Source: an uncultured Actinomycetes bacterium (GTDB taxonomy: Bacteria; Actinomycetota; Acidimicrobiia; IMCC26256; DASPTH01). From it: a stretch of 64,000 nucleotides of DNA. Location of the stretch: positions 223,656-287,655 of the forward strand of contig CAWHAR010000002.1 in assembly GCA_963827385.1 (NCBI GenBank). Direction: 5' to 3'. Shown in pieces: positions 9,761 through 21,219 of the stretch. A program made the translations under genes and the position numbers. The stretch's first letter is position 1. The number at the start of each line of letters is the position of its first letter. The notes beneath the pieces were generated by a model. The model worked only from the letters and a program-made list of their open reading frames with translations, made no database searches and had not been told where the DNA came from.

Positions 9761-11386
9761 CTACCTTCCTCGCCGATGGAGCCGTCGTTCATGCTCGATG
9801 GCGAGCGCCTCGTGCCATCGCCGTCGACCGCCGGCCCGTGGGCCGAGGGAATGGTCAACGGGCGCCACGTCGGTGGACTGGTGGCGTGGGCAGTGGAGCG
9901 CGACCACGACCTCGCCGAGCTCCAGGTCGCGCGGCTCACCATTGACATGTTCCGTCCGGTTCCGATGAAGCCGCTGCGCGTCGCGACGACCGTCGAGCGC
10001 TCTGGCCGCCGCATCCGCCTCGTCGAGGTTGGCGTGTTCGACGGCGACGTCGAGGTGACGCGTGGCTCGGCCCTGCTCGTGGTGCGCTCGGAGATGCCGA
10101 CGGGAGGCCCCGACGCGCTCGCGCCGTGGGACTTTCCCGCACCGGAAGCGCTGCCGGCGACGGAGCCACTCAGCGGCCGAACGTGGGAGTTGCGCCAACA
10201 GCGTTCGTGGAACGACGGCGGTGGCAGCGTTTGGATGCGAGACCTCGCCCCCTTCGTGGCCGGCGAGTCGATCTCGCCTCTGCTCCGGGCGGCATTGGCC
10301 GCCGACTTCGCCAACCCCCTCGCCAACGGCGCGCCCGACGGCCTCGTGTTCATCAACGCGGACATCACGCTGTCCCTCACGCGCAACCCGGTCGACGAGT
10401 GGGTGGGCATGGAGCGAGTCGGTCACCTCAGCGGCGACGGCGTGGCACTTGGCACCACGTGGATGCACGACCGCGTCGGGCGCATCGGCCATTGCTCGGT
10501 CGCGGCGCTCCCGGATCCCCGGGCGCGTGCACGCACGGCGCGCGCCTGAGGCGCCACACTCGGAGGACCACCATGCCTCCGAGGGCGATCCTTGTCCTCG
10601 ATGAGGGTCGCGTGCGATGACAGATCTGCGACGAAGTCGCGCCCGTTGCGTGCCTGACCAGCCTTCGGTCCCCTCCCAATCCCAGACGGGCACGGGAAGG
10701 TCGTTCGGCACCGCTTCGGGCACGGACCATCTGTGATTGAGCATCGCCGTCGCCCAGGTGAACCAGGCGATGAGCTGGAACCGCAGACGCGGTTCGGTCG
10801 GGATCCCGGCGTCATCGAGGGCGAACACGAACGCCGCCACCGCACGCCCGTCCATCTGTTCATGCGGCCCGTTGCCGCTGTGGACGCGCACGACGTGGGA
10901 GTAATCGCCGATCGACTCCGTGTATGTGGCTGGTCCGCCGAGTTGCTCGGACCAGTAGGCAGCGAGTCGCTCGGTGTGCTGCGCGTGTATCCCGCCCTCG
11001 AAGGGGTGGGACAGGATCGGGTCGGCCAGACAACGTTTGTGCCACGCCTCAGCGAGCGCCAGCAGCGCCTCGGATCCGCCCATCACCTCGTAGATCGTGC
11101 GCTCCATGAGCAGTCCGTGGGTCTCTCTCCAAGCAGCCGCCGAGGGGTCCCGCCAGGCGATGGCTTGAGTTACGCCGATGTGCGTCCGACCGAGCCGCGC
11201 AGCGACCACGCAGCCAACGCATCCGATTGCGAAGGCTGCCATGGCGAGGTAACCGATCGATTGACCCGCCGTCAGCTTCGTCGCGAAGACCAAAAGGAAC
11301 ATCGCTCCGAGAAGCACGGCTCCGGCCCAGAAGACAAGCGCAGCAAGTCGGGACATGCGGTGCAGTTTACGCCCGTGGCCACTCAC
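9761..11386 (-). CDS. truncated-hemoglobin (group II-like globin) with a two-helix membrane N-terminus; 3' end unresolved
   Basis: Only about 10670-11386 looks like real coding sequence. That part has TM helices (LAALVFWAGAVLLGAMFLLVF, YLAMAAFAIGCVGCVVAA) followed by the globin (ERTIYEVMGGSEALLALAEAWHKRCLADPILSHPF...YWSEQLGGPATYTE). The ORF stays open to 9761, antisense to the thioesterase gene. No minus-strand stop exists in any frame between about 10430 and 10730. Confidence 0.55.
   Translation of the reverse strand: MSGHGRKLHRMSRLAALVFWAGAVLLGAMFLLVFATKLTAGQSIGYLAMAAFAIGCVGCVVAARLGRTHIGVTQAIAWRDPSAAAWRETHGLLMERTIYEVMGGSEALLALAEAWHKRCLADPILSHPFEGGIHAQHTERLAAYWSEQLGGPATYTESIGDYSHVVRVHSGNGPHEQMDGRAVAAFVFALDDAGIPTEPRLRFQLIAWFTWATAMLNHRWSVPEAVPNDLPVPVWDWEGTEGWSGTQRARLRRRSVIARDPHRGQGSPSEAWWSSECGASGARRACTRPGIRERRDRAMADAPDAVVHPRGAKCHAVAAEVTDSLHAHPLVDRVAREGQRDVRVDEHEAVGRAVGEGVGEVGGQCRPEQRRDRLAGHEGGEVSHPNAATAVVPRTLLAQLPRSAAEWLRRRQRFRCGKVPRRERVGASRRHLRAHHEQGRATRHLDVAVEHANLDEADAAARALDGRRDAQRLHRNRTEHVNGEPRDLELGEVVVALHCPRHQSTDVAPVDHSLGPRAGGRRRWHEALAIEHERRLHRRGR
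9776..10549 (+). CDS. acyl-CoA thioesterase-like protein (TesB-like double hot-dog)
   Basis: ORF 9740..10549. Balanced composition, with motifs HVGGLVAWAVE and FINADITLSLTR. Start taken at MEPSFMLDG. Confidence 0.7.
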   Translation: MEPSFMLDGERLVPSPSTAGPWAEGMVNGRHVGGLVAWAVERDHDLAELQVARLTIDMFRPVPMKPLRVATTVERSGRRIRLVEVGVFDGDVEVTRGSALLVVRSEMPTGGPDALAPWDFPAPEALPATEPLSGRTWELRQQRSWNDGGGSVWMRDLAPFVAGESISPLLRAALAADFANPLANGAPDGLVFINADITLSLTRNPVDEWVGMERVGHLSGDGVALGTTWMHDRVGRIGHCSVAALPDPRARARTARA

Positions 11387-11684
11387 TCAGCTCGCTGAAC
11401 TTCTGAACTGACGAACCAGATTGACATTGGTGGCGTCATGCGCCGCTCGCTCGCCGCATCTCTCCACGAGATCGGACAAGATGGCGTGCACGTGGAAGAA
11501 CGGACCGCAGAGTATTGGTTTCGTGCTTTCGTCGCGGCGGTGATCGGAGCCTCTGCGTTGCTCGTCTCGTCGTACACGACGACGGCAGACGCTGCTTCCG
11601 CCTTCAGTTTCAGCACGGATCGAACTGCACACACACCGTGAATTTCCGCGGACATGCGCCGCGTCACTCACCCGGAACGCGAAT

Positions 11685-11766
11685 CAGCGGCCCCGAAGGG
11701 CCGCTGACCTGGGTGTTCGTGGAGCGGACGACGGGATTCGAACCCGCGACCCTCACCTTGGCAAGG
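11685..11766. repeat. left direct repeat of the island: displaced 3' half of tRNA-Gly plus downstream hairpin (att-like)
   Basis: 11720-11766 is identical over 47 nt to 50605-50651 (CCA end through the anticodon loop of tRNA-Gly). The hairpin AGCGGCCC-CGAA-GGGCCGCT (11686-11705) matches the one at 50571-50590 with the same 14-nt spacing. No 5' half of a tRNA follows. Confidence 0.85.
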
Positions 11767-12282
11767 CCGCTGGCGGGGTCCTCTGACCTGCGGAACATGC
11801 CTCTTGAGCGCCAACGAGCAGCCTTGTGGTGCTGGCAGTTGCTGGGCGTCCGAGGACGCTTCTCGATGAGCCGCGGACTTGGCGCGGACTTGGCTCTATG
11901 CACGCCCCTCCCCCATACGGCCGAGTGATGAGTTCCACCGCTTCGCTTGTCGAAGGCCATGACGCTGGCGTGCGTGGGCGGACCCGCACTAGAACGGGGA
12001 ATTTGCGCGGAGGAGCCCCCAGAATGGTCGCCTCGAAGCCTCGAACCAGTCTTGCTGCCGGTTGCCAACATCACGGTCACTCGGGGTCAACGATGCGGCT
12101 CGACACTCCGTCGGCTTGGCGAATGGGTCGGCCTCGCGAAGTGCAATACCGTGGTCTGCTGCGACGCCATAACGTTAATTGAACCAGCAAGCCTGGTTTC
12201 GTATACGGAGGTTTTTCCTTGACAAAGCGACCACTCCTGCCTCAACATCACGCCAGCGTCGGGTGCGTGCAGGCGTGTCCTC

Positions 12283-15200
12283 TTGATGAAGTCGAGGGTT
12301 GGGATGCATTCGTCGGGCCGGGGAAGCACTCGACGCACCATTGCGAGCCTCGTGGCGATGTTCGCAGCCGTCTCGGGACTCCCAGTGGTCTTCGTAGTTG
12401 CCTCGCAGTCGGCGGCATTCGCTGTCTCGTCGGGCAGCCAGACCTTCGTCTACACGCCATCCGGCCAGAACTTCGTAGTTCCGGCAGGCGTCACCTCCGT
12501 GGCAGTCGACGCGTTTGGGGCCCAAGGCGTGGGCAGCGGGGCCCCAGAGGCGGACTAGGTGCACGGGCGCAAGGCGTGATCGCTGTTACGCCGGGTGAGA
12601 CGCTGCAAGTCCGAGTCGGTCCCAGTGGCGGGCCAGCGCCGACCTTCAATGGCGGCGGAACAGGCGGGGCGTCGAGCTCGAGCGGCGGAACAGGAGGCGG
12701 CGCGAGCGATGTTCGCCGGTCACCGTATTCCCTCGCGGACCGCCTGATTGTGGCGGCAGGGGGCGGTGGTGGGGGCGCCCGTGGTTCCCTGCCTTCAAGC
12801 GGCCCAGGCGGATACGGGGGAACCGGCGTCCGTTGGGGGGCGACGGGACCGATGGACCGCATGGTACTAAGGCTTGGGCGTGACTGGTGCCGCAGGCGGG
12901 CAACCAAGTCTGGATGCCGACAGCTGCAATAACAACCACAACGACGTAGCAACGGCAGGCGCTTTCGGCCAAGGCGGCAGTGGGTGGAGTGCCTCTGCCT
13001 GCCTGGACCTAGGCGGTGGTGGGGGTGGCGGTGGTTACTACGGCGGTGGTGGAGGAGGCCGTTCCAGCGGCGGAGGCGGCGGGACAAGCTATGTGGAGGA
13101 GCCTCGATCAGCTCTATGACGCCCGGCGTTCGAAGTGGGTCAGGCCAGGTCGTCCTCTCTTGGGGCCAGTTGATCCCCTTTGGTGGAGGGCTTGCGACGA
13201 ACGAGACCTTGGGCGATGGCCCGTGCCCTGGTACTGGATCTCAGGTCAGTGTGGCGGCTCCGATCAACACGGCAACGGGGGCACTTTTGGCATACGTTCA
13301 CAGACCTCACCGTTCCTGGCCGTGGCGCGGCGCTTGAGTTGACCCGGACTTTCAACTCGACGGACGCTAACGAACGACAGTTGGTTCGGTATGGGTTGGT
13401 CGTCGAGTTACGACATGAGCCTCAATGTCCAAGGCGTGACGGCGACCCTCAAGATGGACGATGGCAGCCGCGTTACGTTCACGCAGGCCAATGGAACAGG
13501 CGCTTGGTCTGCACCGGCACGCTCGGACTCGACCCTCGCGGCAAACGGCGACGGAACCTGGACCGTGGTCTGCCACGCAACCGACACCTACGTCTTCGAC
13601 GTGACCGGTCGCCTGATAGCGAAGCGCGATCCGAATGGGTACACGACATCGATCTCCTACCCGTCGGGTCAAACTGTGGTCACCGACCCTGCGAGCCGCA
13701 CGCTTACCTTCGTGTTCAACGGCACACACGTGACGTCCGTGACGGACTCGGGGTTCGCCGGCTCGGTCGTTGACATACACCTACAACGGCTCGGGGGAGC
13801 TGACAGACGTCATCGACGTGGGCGGCGGTCATTGGGTATTCACCTATGACGGTTCGCATCGCATGTTGACGATGCGCACCCCACGATTCTTCGGTGACAC
13901 AACCACGACTCCGACGCCGGTGACAACGAACCACTACGACGGTCAGGGGCGCGTCGATTCGCAGAATGATCCACTGGGCCGGCAAACGAGCTTCGATTAC
14001 ACGACGGCACCAGGCTCGACGATTGTGACCGACCCGAAGACCAACAAGGTCCAATACACGTACCTGTACGGACTGCTCGTCAGCGAAACAAGGGCCTATG
14101 GGACGGCTCAAGCCGCGACGCTGGCAATACCTCTACGATCCGGTGTCCACCGCGATGACCAGCGTCGTCGACCCGAACAATCACATGTGGTCGGCGGGCT
14201 ACGACGCGGACGGGGAATCAGTTGTCGAACTCCGATCCGCTCACTCGTTCGACCAGCGCGACGTACAACGCGGTCAACGAACCGCAACGCAGACTGACGC
14301 CAAGAACGTCACGACGACGTCGACCTACGATTTGGCGGCAATCTGTTGACGAGCTCGACGCCCTGGGTGGAGGGTCCACCGAACACGAACAGAGTGATGA
14401 CGTATCACTACGACGACGCAACCCATCGTGGTGACATCACCTCAGTGACGGACCCGGACAACAAGACGTGGGTGTACACCTACGACGGCGCAGGCAACCT
14501 GGCATCGGCCGCCGACCCGCTCGGGAACACCTCACAAATTCCGTTATGACGCGACGGCCGGCGGACGGCGGCGATCAGTCCACTTGGCACCGCCGGCGGG
14601 GTGTCGTGCGCGACCGCCTCTCCGGCACCGTACACGATCTACTTCACTCGCAACGCGTACGGCGCCACGCTGACCGTGACTGACCCGCTCGGGCATCAGT
14701 CGGTGCTGACCTACGACGTGGACCAGAACCTCAAGACGTCGAAGGATCCCGACAACAACCAGACCACCTACGTCTACGACCCGGCGGAGCAACGCACGCA
14801 GATCACTCGTCCCGATACGACGACGTTGAAGACCGACTACTGGCCCGACGGCACGCTCAAGTCACAAACCGACGGCGCGAACCAGACGACCAGCTACGCC
14901 TACGACGCGTCGGCGCATCTGACAACCGTCACCGACCCACCGCCGGGTGACCAGCACAGCTACACGGCGGTTGGGGACATGCTCGCGAACAGGACCCTGG
15001 TGGGAACTGCGCCGCGACCCCTAAGACGGGGTGCACGACGTACGGCTACGACCCCGCGAACCAGCTGACATCGGTCACCTACTCCGACGGCGTCACGCCG
15101 AACGTATCGAACATCGGCTACGACAACGACGGGCAACGCACCGCGATGACCGACGGCACCGGCAACTCGAGCTGGGTGTGGGACTCGCTGCACCGCATGA

Positions 15201-17322
15201 GTATCCACGACGGGCGCGGGTACGACGGTCGGGTACAGCTATGACCTCGCGGCAACCTGACAGATTGCGTATCCCGGCACGACCGGCACCGTGACCGCGC
15301 GGTACGACGACGCCGGCCGACTCCACACGGTCACCGACTGGCTCAGCCACACCACGACGTTCAACTACAACGCCGACAACTTCCTCGACGTCGCAGTTGT
15401 ACCTAACACAACGACCGCAACGTTCACGCCCGACGGTGCCGACCGGCTCATGGGCATCACCGACACCAAGGACGAACACCCTCGCGTCCGTTCACCTACG
15501 GCCGTGACAACGCAAACCAGGTCACCTCTGTCACCTCGACCGGCGTACCCGACCGACAACCACTCCTACAGCTACACCCAGCTCAACCAGCTCAAGACCC
15601 AAGACGCCAAGCAACTACAGCTACGACAACGCTGACAACCCCACCGGCCTCGCCGACGGCCCAACCCAGGCGTTCGACACTGCGAATCAGCTCACCGGCG
15701 CGACAAGCACATCACCTCGTCGGCGCCGCTGGTGGCGGAACGCCAGCACCCCGAACACCGTGACGGTCAACCTGCCCAGCGGCACAACGACTAACGACCA
15801 GATCGTCGTCGGCCGCCACCGTGCAGAAGAGCCAGACCGTCAACACGCCGACCGGTTATACGGTCGTCGGCACGTACACGTCGGGAAACCCAACGCTGAC
15901 ACCAAGACGGTCGTATTCCGCAGGACTGCCCAATCCGGCGACACCAACGTCGCTGATCACCTTCGGCGCCAGCATCGCCAAGAGTGTCGATCGTGGCCGT
16001 GTACCGCGGCGTCAACCCCAACACCCCGTCGACGTCCCCTCGAGCGCCGGCAACGACAAGGTCACCAGCATCGCCGTGCCGTCGGTCACGACAACGGCCG
16101 CGAACGAGCGACTCGTCAACATCGCCGGTGAAGCCAACGCCACCGGCGCCTGGACCGTCCCAACCGGATGACCAGCCGCAACACCGCGACCTTCGGAAAC
16201 AGCAGCACCGTCCTCGCCGACCAGACCCTCGCCGCAGCCGGCGCCACCGGCACCCGGACCGACACCTTCAGCACCAAGGCCAACCTCGTCGGCGTGCTGC
16301 TCGCCCTCAAGCCCGCACGACCCTACGGGTACGACCCGCGGCAACCGCACCACAGTCACGCCCGCAGGGGGCTCACCGACGACGCTCGGCTACGACCAAG
16401 CCAACCGGCTCAAGAGCTACGGCACCACCGCCACGTACGGCTACAACGGCGACGGGCTCCGCAGAACAAGACGTCGCAGGCACCACGACCCAACAAACCT
16501 GGGACGTCGCCGAAGGCTACCGCTCGTTCTCGCCGACGGCACCACGACTACGTCACGGGGCCCTGCGGACTCCCGCTCGAACAGATCAACGGCACCACCG
16601 TCCTCTACTACCACCAAGACCAGCTCGGCAGCGCCCGCAGCCCTCACCGACAGCGCTGGCAACATCGTCCTACATACACCTACGATTCCTATGGCAAACT
16701 CACCGCAGCATCGGCACCACCCCGAGACGCCCTTCGGATTCGCCGGTCAATACACCGACCCGGAGACTGGGATTCAGTACCTCCGTGCTCGGTACTTCGA
16801 TCCCAGCACGGCCAGTTCTTACCCGAGATCCCGCAACGACCTACACCCGAGGCGTGTACGCATACGCCGGCGCGAGTCCCTGTAACGCATCCGACCCTTC
16901 TGGCTACTGCACGGAAGAGATCTCCTCGATCTCATCCTGTGTGGACGGGTTCTGCCACAACCCGTTGACACGCGTGCTCATCACAGTCGGCAGCATCATT
17001 CCGTCGGCTCAGGGAATACGCGACCGGATACACGACGGATACTGCGATTCGATACTTGGCCGCTAGAGGCTTCGAAAGCGCAGCCCGCATCGCAGGAAAG
17101 GTCTCGACCATCGTTGCGGTTCTCGGCACCACAGCCGATGTGCTGTGCGGCGGGCTGAGTTCCCTCAATGCACTCAGCGAGCTATTCCAAGGCTCACGCT
17201 CGATCAACACAACCCCCTATCCCGATTCGAGCTCTCCAACTGGACAAACCTATGAGAGCGGCAGTGCGTCTGGCCCATACATGACTAACGAGGTGTTCCC
17301 ACAAACCCAACATCATCCTTGA
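12283..17322 (+). pseudogene. Rhs/YD-repeat toxin with signal peptide, glycine-rich N-terminal domain, RHS core and unknown C-terminal tip; many frameshifts
   Basis: The reading frame hops between all three + frames: ORFs 12283, 12219, 12874, 12984, 13180, 13391, 13770, 14098, 14346, 14601 and onward to 16691, 15984 and 17056. Signal peptide: RRTIASLVAMFAAVSGLPVVFVVASQSAAFA. Gly-rich domain: VIAVTPGETLQVRVGPSGG...GGGGGGGYYGGGGGG. Also PINTATGA and YD repeats (YTYDGAGNLASAADPLGN, YAYDASAHLTTVTDP). Core end is PFGFAGQYTDPETGIQYLRARYFDPSTA (16730-16813), then YAYAGASPCNASDPSGY, followed by a tail of about 140 aa. Confidence 0.8.
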
Positions 17323-17367
17323 ACCAGCTGAACCCGCCCACCCCGCAAGTCCCCAACTCCGGCAGCG

Positions 17368-18149
17368 GTGGACTCATGTACGGCGAGGACCTCGAACGCA
17401 CCCAACGACGCCGATGACCAGTCGCTATCTCATGCCAGCAGTTCGAAGTTGAGGAGACGTTCGACGCAGATAGCGGCGATCATCGTGGCCTGCACCGGGC
17501 TGCTGAGTTCTTGGAGCATGGCGCCCGACGCCACGGCAGTCGCTGTCGATCGCCAACCCGACATCGGTCAGCTCTACTACGTCACCACGTCGTCCTCGAC
17601 GCGTGCCGTCGTCATCGCTCGGTTGAACCTTTCGAATGGCAGCGAGCCGCCATTCCGCGTGCCCAGTGGCATGGCTGCGGGCGCTGCAGCTGCGGCTCCG
17701 CCGAATGGACGAGACATCGCCTTCGTGGCGTCCCGCCTGGCGGGGGGAAGTGGGTTCGGCGGGACATACGTCGATTACCGTGTGTACGTATCGGCACCCG
17801 ACGGATCCGACGCCCACCGCATCGATCCCGAGAACGTGGAGCAGCGTTGTCGGCTTCAATGCCTTCAGCGGGAGATCTCCTCGTTTACCGAGTGATCCGA
17901 ACGCGTATGGAAGCCCAGAGCTCCCGCGCGCTGTACCGAAGGCTGGCGGTACGCCCACGCCGATGACGCTTCGTGGAAGACGCGCCGGCCTGGGATGCGC
18001 TTCGTTCCTCGACGACACCACCCTCATCGCTGTGTACCAACCGAAAGGGAGTCAAGAAGAAGGTACTTGAAGCGATTGACATCAAGACAGGACGCGATGT
18101 GCTCTGGCTCCGAGCTGTCCCAGGATGTCAGCTTGGTATCCCTACGTGA
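17368..18149 (+). CDS. possible PD40/TolB-like beta-propeller repeat protein, frameshifted
   Basis: ORF 17368..17895 has a TM/signal segment (IAAIIVACTGLLSSW) and PD40-like strings (DIAFVASR...YVSAPDGSDAHRI). Plausible continuations lie in two other frames (SGDLLVY, LEAIDIKTGRDVLWL). The reconstruction is tentative. Confidence 0.3.
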
Positions 18150-19049
18150 TCACCCACCGAGAAGCTCGTAGCGTTTCCAATCGTGTGCACAGCGAGCGCA
18201 AAGAACCTTGCCGCTCGAAGATCGGACCTTGTGTCCATGCAGCCCGACACATCCGGCATCGCTCTAGCGACGACCAAGGACAAATTCCGTCGGGATACTT
18301 GTTGCTCAGCCGAACCCGAGTCGACCAACTTGGTCTCCCGATGGGCGATGGATCGCATTTTCAACGCATTCCTCTTCGATTAGCGATACACACATTGAAG
18401 TAGTCGATGCGGCCGGCAACGAGCGCGTGACCTCGTCGGCGCGGTGTCAGCAGACCCCGCCTGGGGTCCTTGACAGGCACACGTCGCAGGGCGACGCTCC
18501 ACACATCTAGATCTAGATGGCAGAGCGCCCGGAGCCGATACTCATGACTGATCGTCGTGTTGTCGCTGACCCGACGGGTGGCGTCTGGCACTTGCAACTC
18601 CGATGGGAGATCGTGAGCACCGCGGCGCTACAACGTGCCGTTGCTCGCGGAACGACCACACCCCAAAGCCACGGTGGAAACCGAGGGGTCGCGTCGGAGA
18701 CGGCACGAAGCCTCCGCACGGCCCGAGGCCCTTTTCCTCTGGGGCCTTGTGCCCCCAACTGAGTCGCAGCGATCGCACTCACGGGCGTGGGTCATCACTG
18801 CGGCTTCCGAAGGATCACTCCGGCAGCATCATGCATGGATCAGTGCCTCGTGGGACCGCATGGTGACGCTGTGCGAGACCTCGAAACGCTCGCAGAGCTA
18901 ATCGGCCAAGGCAAGATCGCTGTGGAATAGTTCCCGTCGCGGAAGGCCTACCGTGGGCCCATGACCGCCACGCTTTCACGTCCTGGCATCCGCAAATCCG
19001 CCAGACCTCACGAGCAGCCGCGGTAGCGAATTCGGATCGGCGTGGCCCG

Positions 19050-19362
19050 TCGCTCACGCTTCACCACTTGCGCATGCGACAAGGCGGCTGCCTTCCGCAG
19101 GATCTCCATGTCCATCTGCAGCTGCGCGTCGCTGACGCAGCCGACGGAGCTCGACACGTTCGGACTCGCTCAACGCTTCGGGATCGTGCGTCGCGTTCAC
19201 GACGCTGCTGATCGGCACGCACCCAGTTCGCCAACGTGTTGTCGCTGATCCCAAGACTCCTGGCGACCTCGGCACGAGACCGACCCGACGAACCGACCAA
19301 CTCGATCGCTTCACGCCGGAACTCGGAGCGGATACTTCGACGGACGACCCAACACGGGCTCC
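19050..19362 (-). mobile_element. IS3-family orfA (HTH transposase subunit) remnant, frameshifted; no orfB
   Basis: Pieces lie in three frames: GRPSKYP, then EFRREAIELVGSSGRSRAEVARSLGISDNTLANWV, then SESERVELRRLRQR, then AQLQMDMEILRKAAAL. No rve/DDE orfB was recognised downstream. Confidence 0.65.
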
Positions 19363-20012
19363 TTCCTCCAGGGCTTCCCCCCAGAATCAGGTGTCCACGC
19401 AACCGGGTTGACTCCACTTGTCCCAGCTCATGATTCGCCAGTCGGAATCGTCGGCTGACGGCCCACCGGCACGAACCCCCCAGGGGGTGATGCTGCCCCT
19501 CATCGGGGTCCCGCGCCTCCTGGTGACATTTGCGAACGCTGGCGTGTCGCTGCACGGCCACTCCAGAGCGGCAATCTGGCGTGCTCATCGGTGGGTGAAC
19601 CATTTCCAACTTTGCTCTGGAACTGCTGCGCTTCTCGGCTGGCTGCGCCACAATCTGTTCGTGAATCAGGACCAGTCCTCGAACCGGCAACCTCTCGAAT
19701 CACACCCATTCGACAACGATGGGAACGACCTCATCGCAAGGTTGAATTGGGTAGGCGGCGCTTTGCTCGTCGCAGCGATCAGCCTGATAGTTGGCGGGGT
19801 GGCCTACGCCAACTTCTTCACCGGTGCGTCACGCTGGGACTTCGTTCGGATCGCGGCGAGAACCGTGAGCCCCTGGGCAGCGTTGCTAACCCTTGCGGCG
19901 GCCTTGGCGTTCGCTGCCACCTTCAGCGGCCATCGATGATCTCGCCCCGGAGCGACCGCACTCCTGTTCGTGACAGCGTGCGTCGCGCGATCCAGTCGGC
20001 CGTGGAGGAATC

Positions 20013-20237
20013 ATGCTCGTCGGCCCGTACAGCGGCGCGGTCGTTGAGGGCCGACACACGCATCTCAGGGCGCCGAACGCAAACGACAGGGTCGTTTTCT
20101 ACGCGGCCGCCATCGGCGCGGTCGCACTCGTGGGCGTTGCACTGTTCATCGTCTGGTGGACGAGGAAGTCCAGGCGCACTCAGGAGGACAATGGTGCGTC
20201 GGTTGCTCCAAGCGAGATATCTGGAGCCACGACGTAA
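20013..20237 (+). CDS. small single-pass membrane protein (hypothetical)
   Basis: 74-aa ORF with a clear TM helix (VVFYAAAIGAVALVGVALFIVWW) followed by a basic stop-transfer (TRKSRR). It may belong to a larger frameshifted membrane protein starting near 19700. Confidence 0.35.
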   Translation: MLVGPYSGAVVEGRHTHLRAPNANDRVVFYAAAIGAVALVGVALFIVWWTRKSRRTQEDNGASVAPSEISGATT

Positions 20238-20320
20238 CAGCCGTTCGGCTCGGAAGCTCGGGGCACATTTACGCACGCTGGGGTGATCGACGAGGCCGTC
20301 CCTGGAACCGGCGTGCCCCG

Positions 20321-21150
20321 TCAGACCTTGGGTGCTGAAAGTGCGACAGCGGCGTCGGCCGCGAGCCTGAAGAGGGTGTGGCGTAGTTCGCGCTCGCCAG
20401 TCCAGCCGCGTCTGGCCTGGATCATCGCCAGCGTAGACATACTCGCCGAACCGTGCGCCGCGAAACTTGGCGACCGCAAGAAGTGAAGCCGCCTCTTGTT
20501 CGACGACCATGCAGCCTTCGCGCGAGCGGCGCTCGCTGGTCGAGGGAGTTGAACGAAAGAGCGCGTCGGTAGTCCACGCTCCACCGGTCGTGTAGGGGAC
20601 GTAGGCATCGTCGGCGGTTCGACAAAGAGTGTCGACGACGTCCGGTTGAGTGTGCACCCAGCGGGACCGAGCTAAGTAGTGATACGAGGTCCCCTCGTCT
20701 CGGAGTGCCGCGTCGATCACGACGATCTGCCCTTGGACTGTCTCTGGCGCCAGCGCTCCTGCACCGCCACACGCAACGATCGCTGGACCCCGCTGCGATC
20801 ACGCGTTCCATGACAACCGTGGCGCAACGGTCCTCCCTGACCGGGATAGAACACGGTCAGAGGAACGCCGTCCCAGTCGATTTCCCACAGTGGTTGCAGG
20901 CTCGGGAGCGCTGCGAGCTGGCTACCGTCCGACGTGAAGTCCGCGATGACATCGGGCCAGAAGCACGCGACGCCCGCGACCGGTGGACCCAAGTCGGTCT
21001 TGCAGACGCGCTGGTTCAAGGATTGCCGAACCAGAGTTGTCGTGTTCGAAAAGAGGGCACGGCTCGGGCTCGACGCTCACCACGCCAGTCTTGTCCTCAC
21101 TGCCGCAGTTCCAGGTGTCATTAACGAACGCTGGGGTGGGGTGGGGTGAT
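20321..21150 (-). pseudogene. nucleoside phosphorylase (PNP_UDP_1 family), multiple frameshifts
   Basis: Fragments lie in ORFs 20922..21359, 20717..21019, 20422..20811, 19923..20720 and 20321..20608. Strings: WDGVPLTVFYPGQGGP, MERVIAAGSSD, VIDAALRDEGTSYHY, GGAWTTDALFR, REGCMVVEQEAASLLAVAKFRG. Confidence 0.6.
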
Positions 21151-21219
21151 TGCTCGTGCCTTGACGTCGGGCTGCGGTTCCAGCGGGAGAGTGTCATACG
21201 GCTTCGGTAGGTTCGACCC

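Noticed and set aside
8965-10410. 481-aa minus-strand ORF
   Set aside because: It overlaps the CoA-transferase and thioesterase genes in non-coding frames and has extreme Arg/Pro/Ser/Gly content.
11438-11641. 67-aa + strand ORF with a hydrophobic segment (FVAAVIGASALLVSSY)
   Set aside because: It is short, has no RBS or recognisable family, and lies in an intergenic-looking region. It cannot be distinguished from chance.
11767-12282. Search for an integrase remnant next to the left tRNA repeat
   Set aside because: All six frames were inspected by eye. None shows integrase box motifs (HxLRHT, LGH...Y). The ORFs here (11664..12080 -, 11826..12182 +) are compositionally biased.
12640-13090. 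GGC/GGT-rich repetitive DNA that could be taken for a tandem repeat or CRISPR-like array
   Set aside because: It translates as the glycine-rich domain of the Rhs protein (GGGTGGASSSSGGTGGG, GGGGGGGYYGGGGGG). It has no regular repeat-spacer periodicity.
18128-18600. Lower-GC stretch with Cys-containing minus-strand fragments (LCARCAHDWKRYE), considered as an HNH or zinc-finger remnant
   Set aside because: No continuous frame and no complete HNH motif are present. The three frames give only short, unconvincing pieces.
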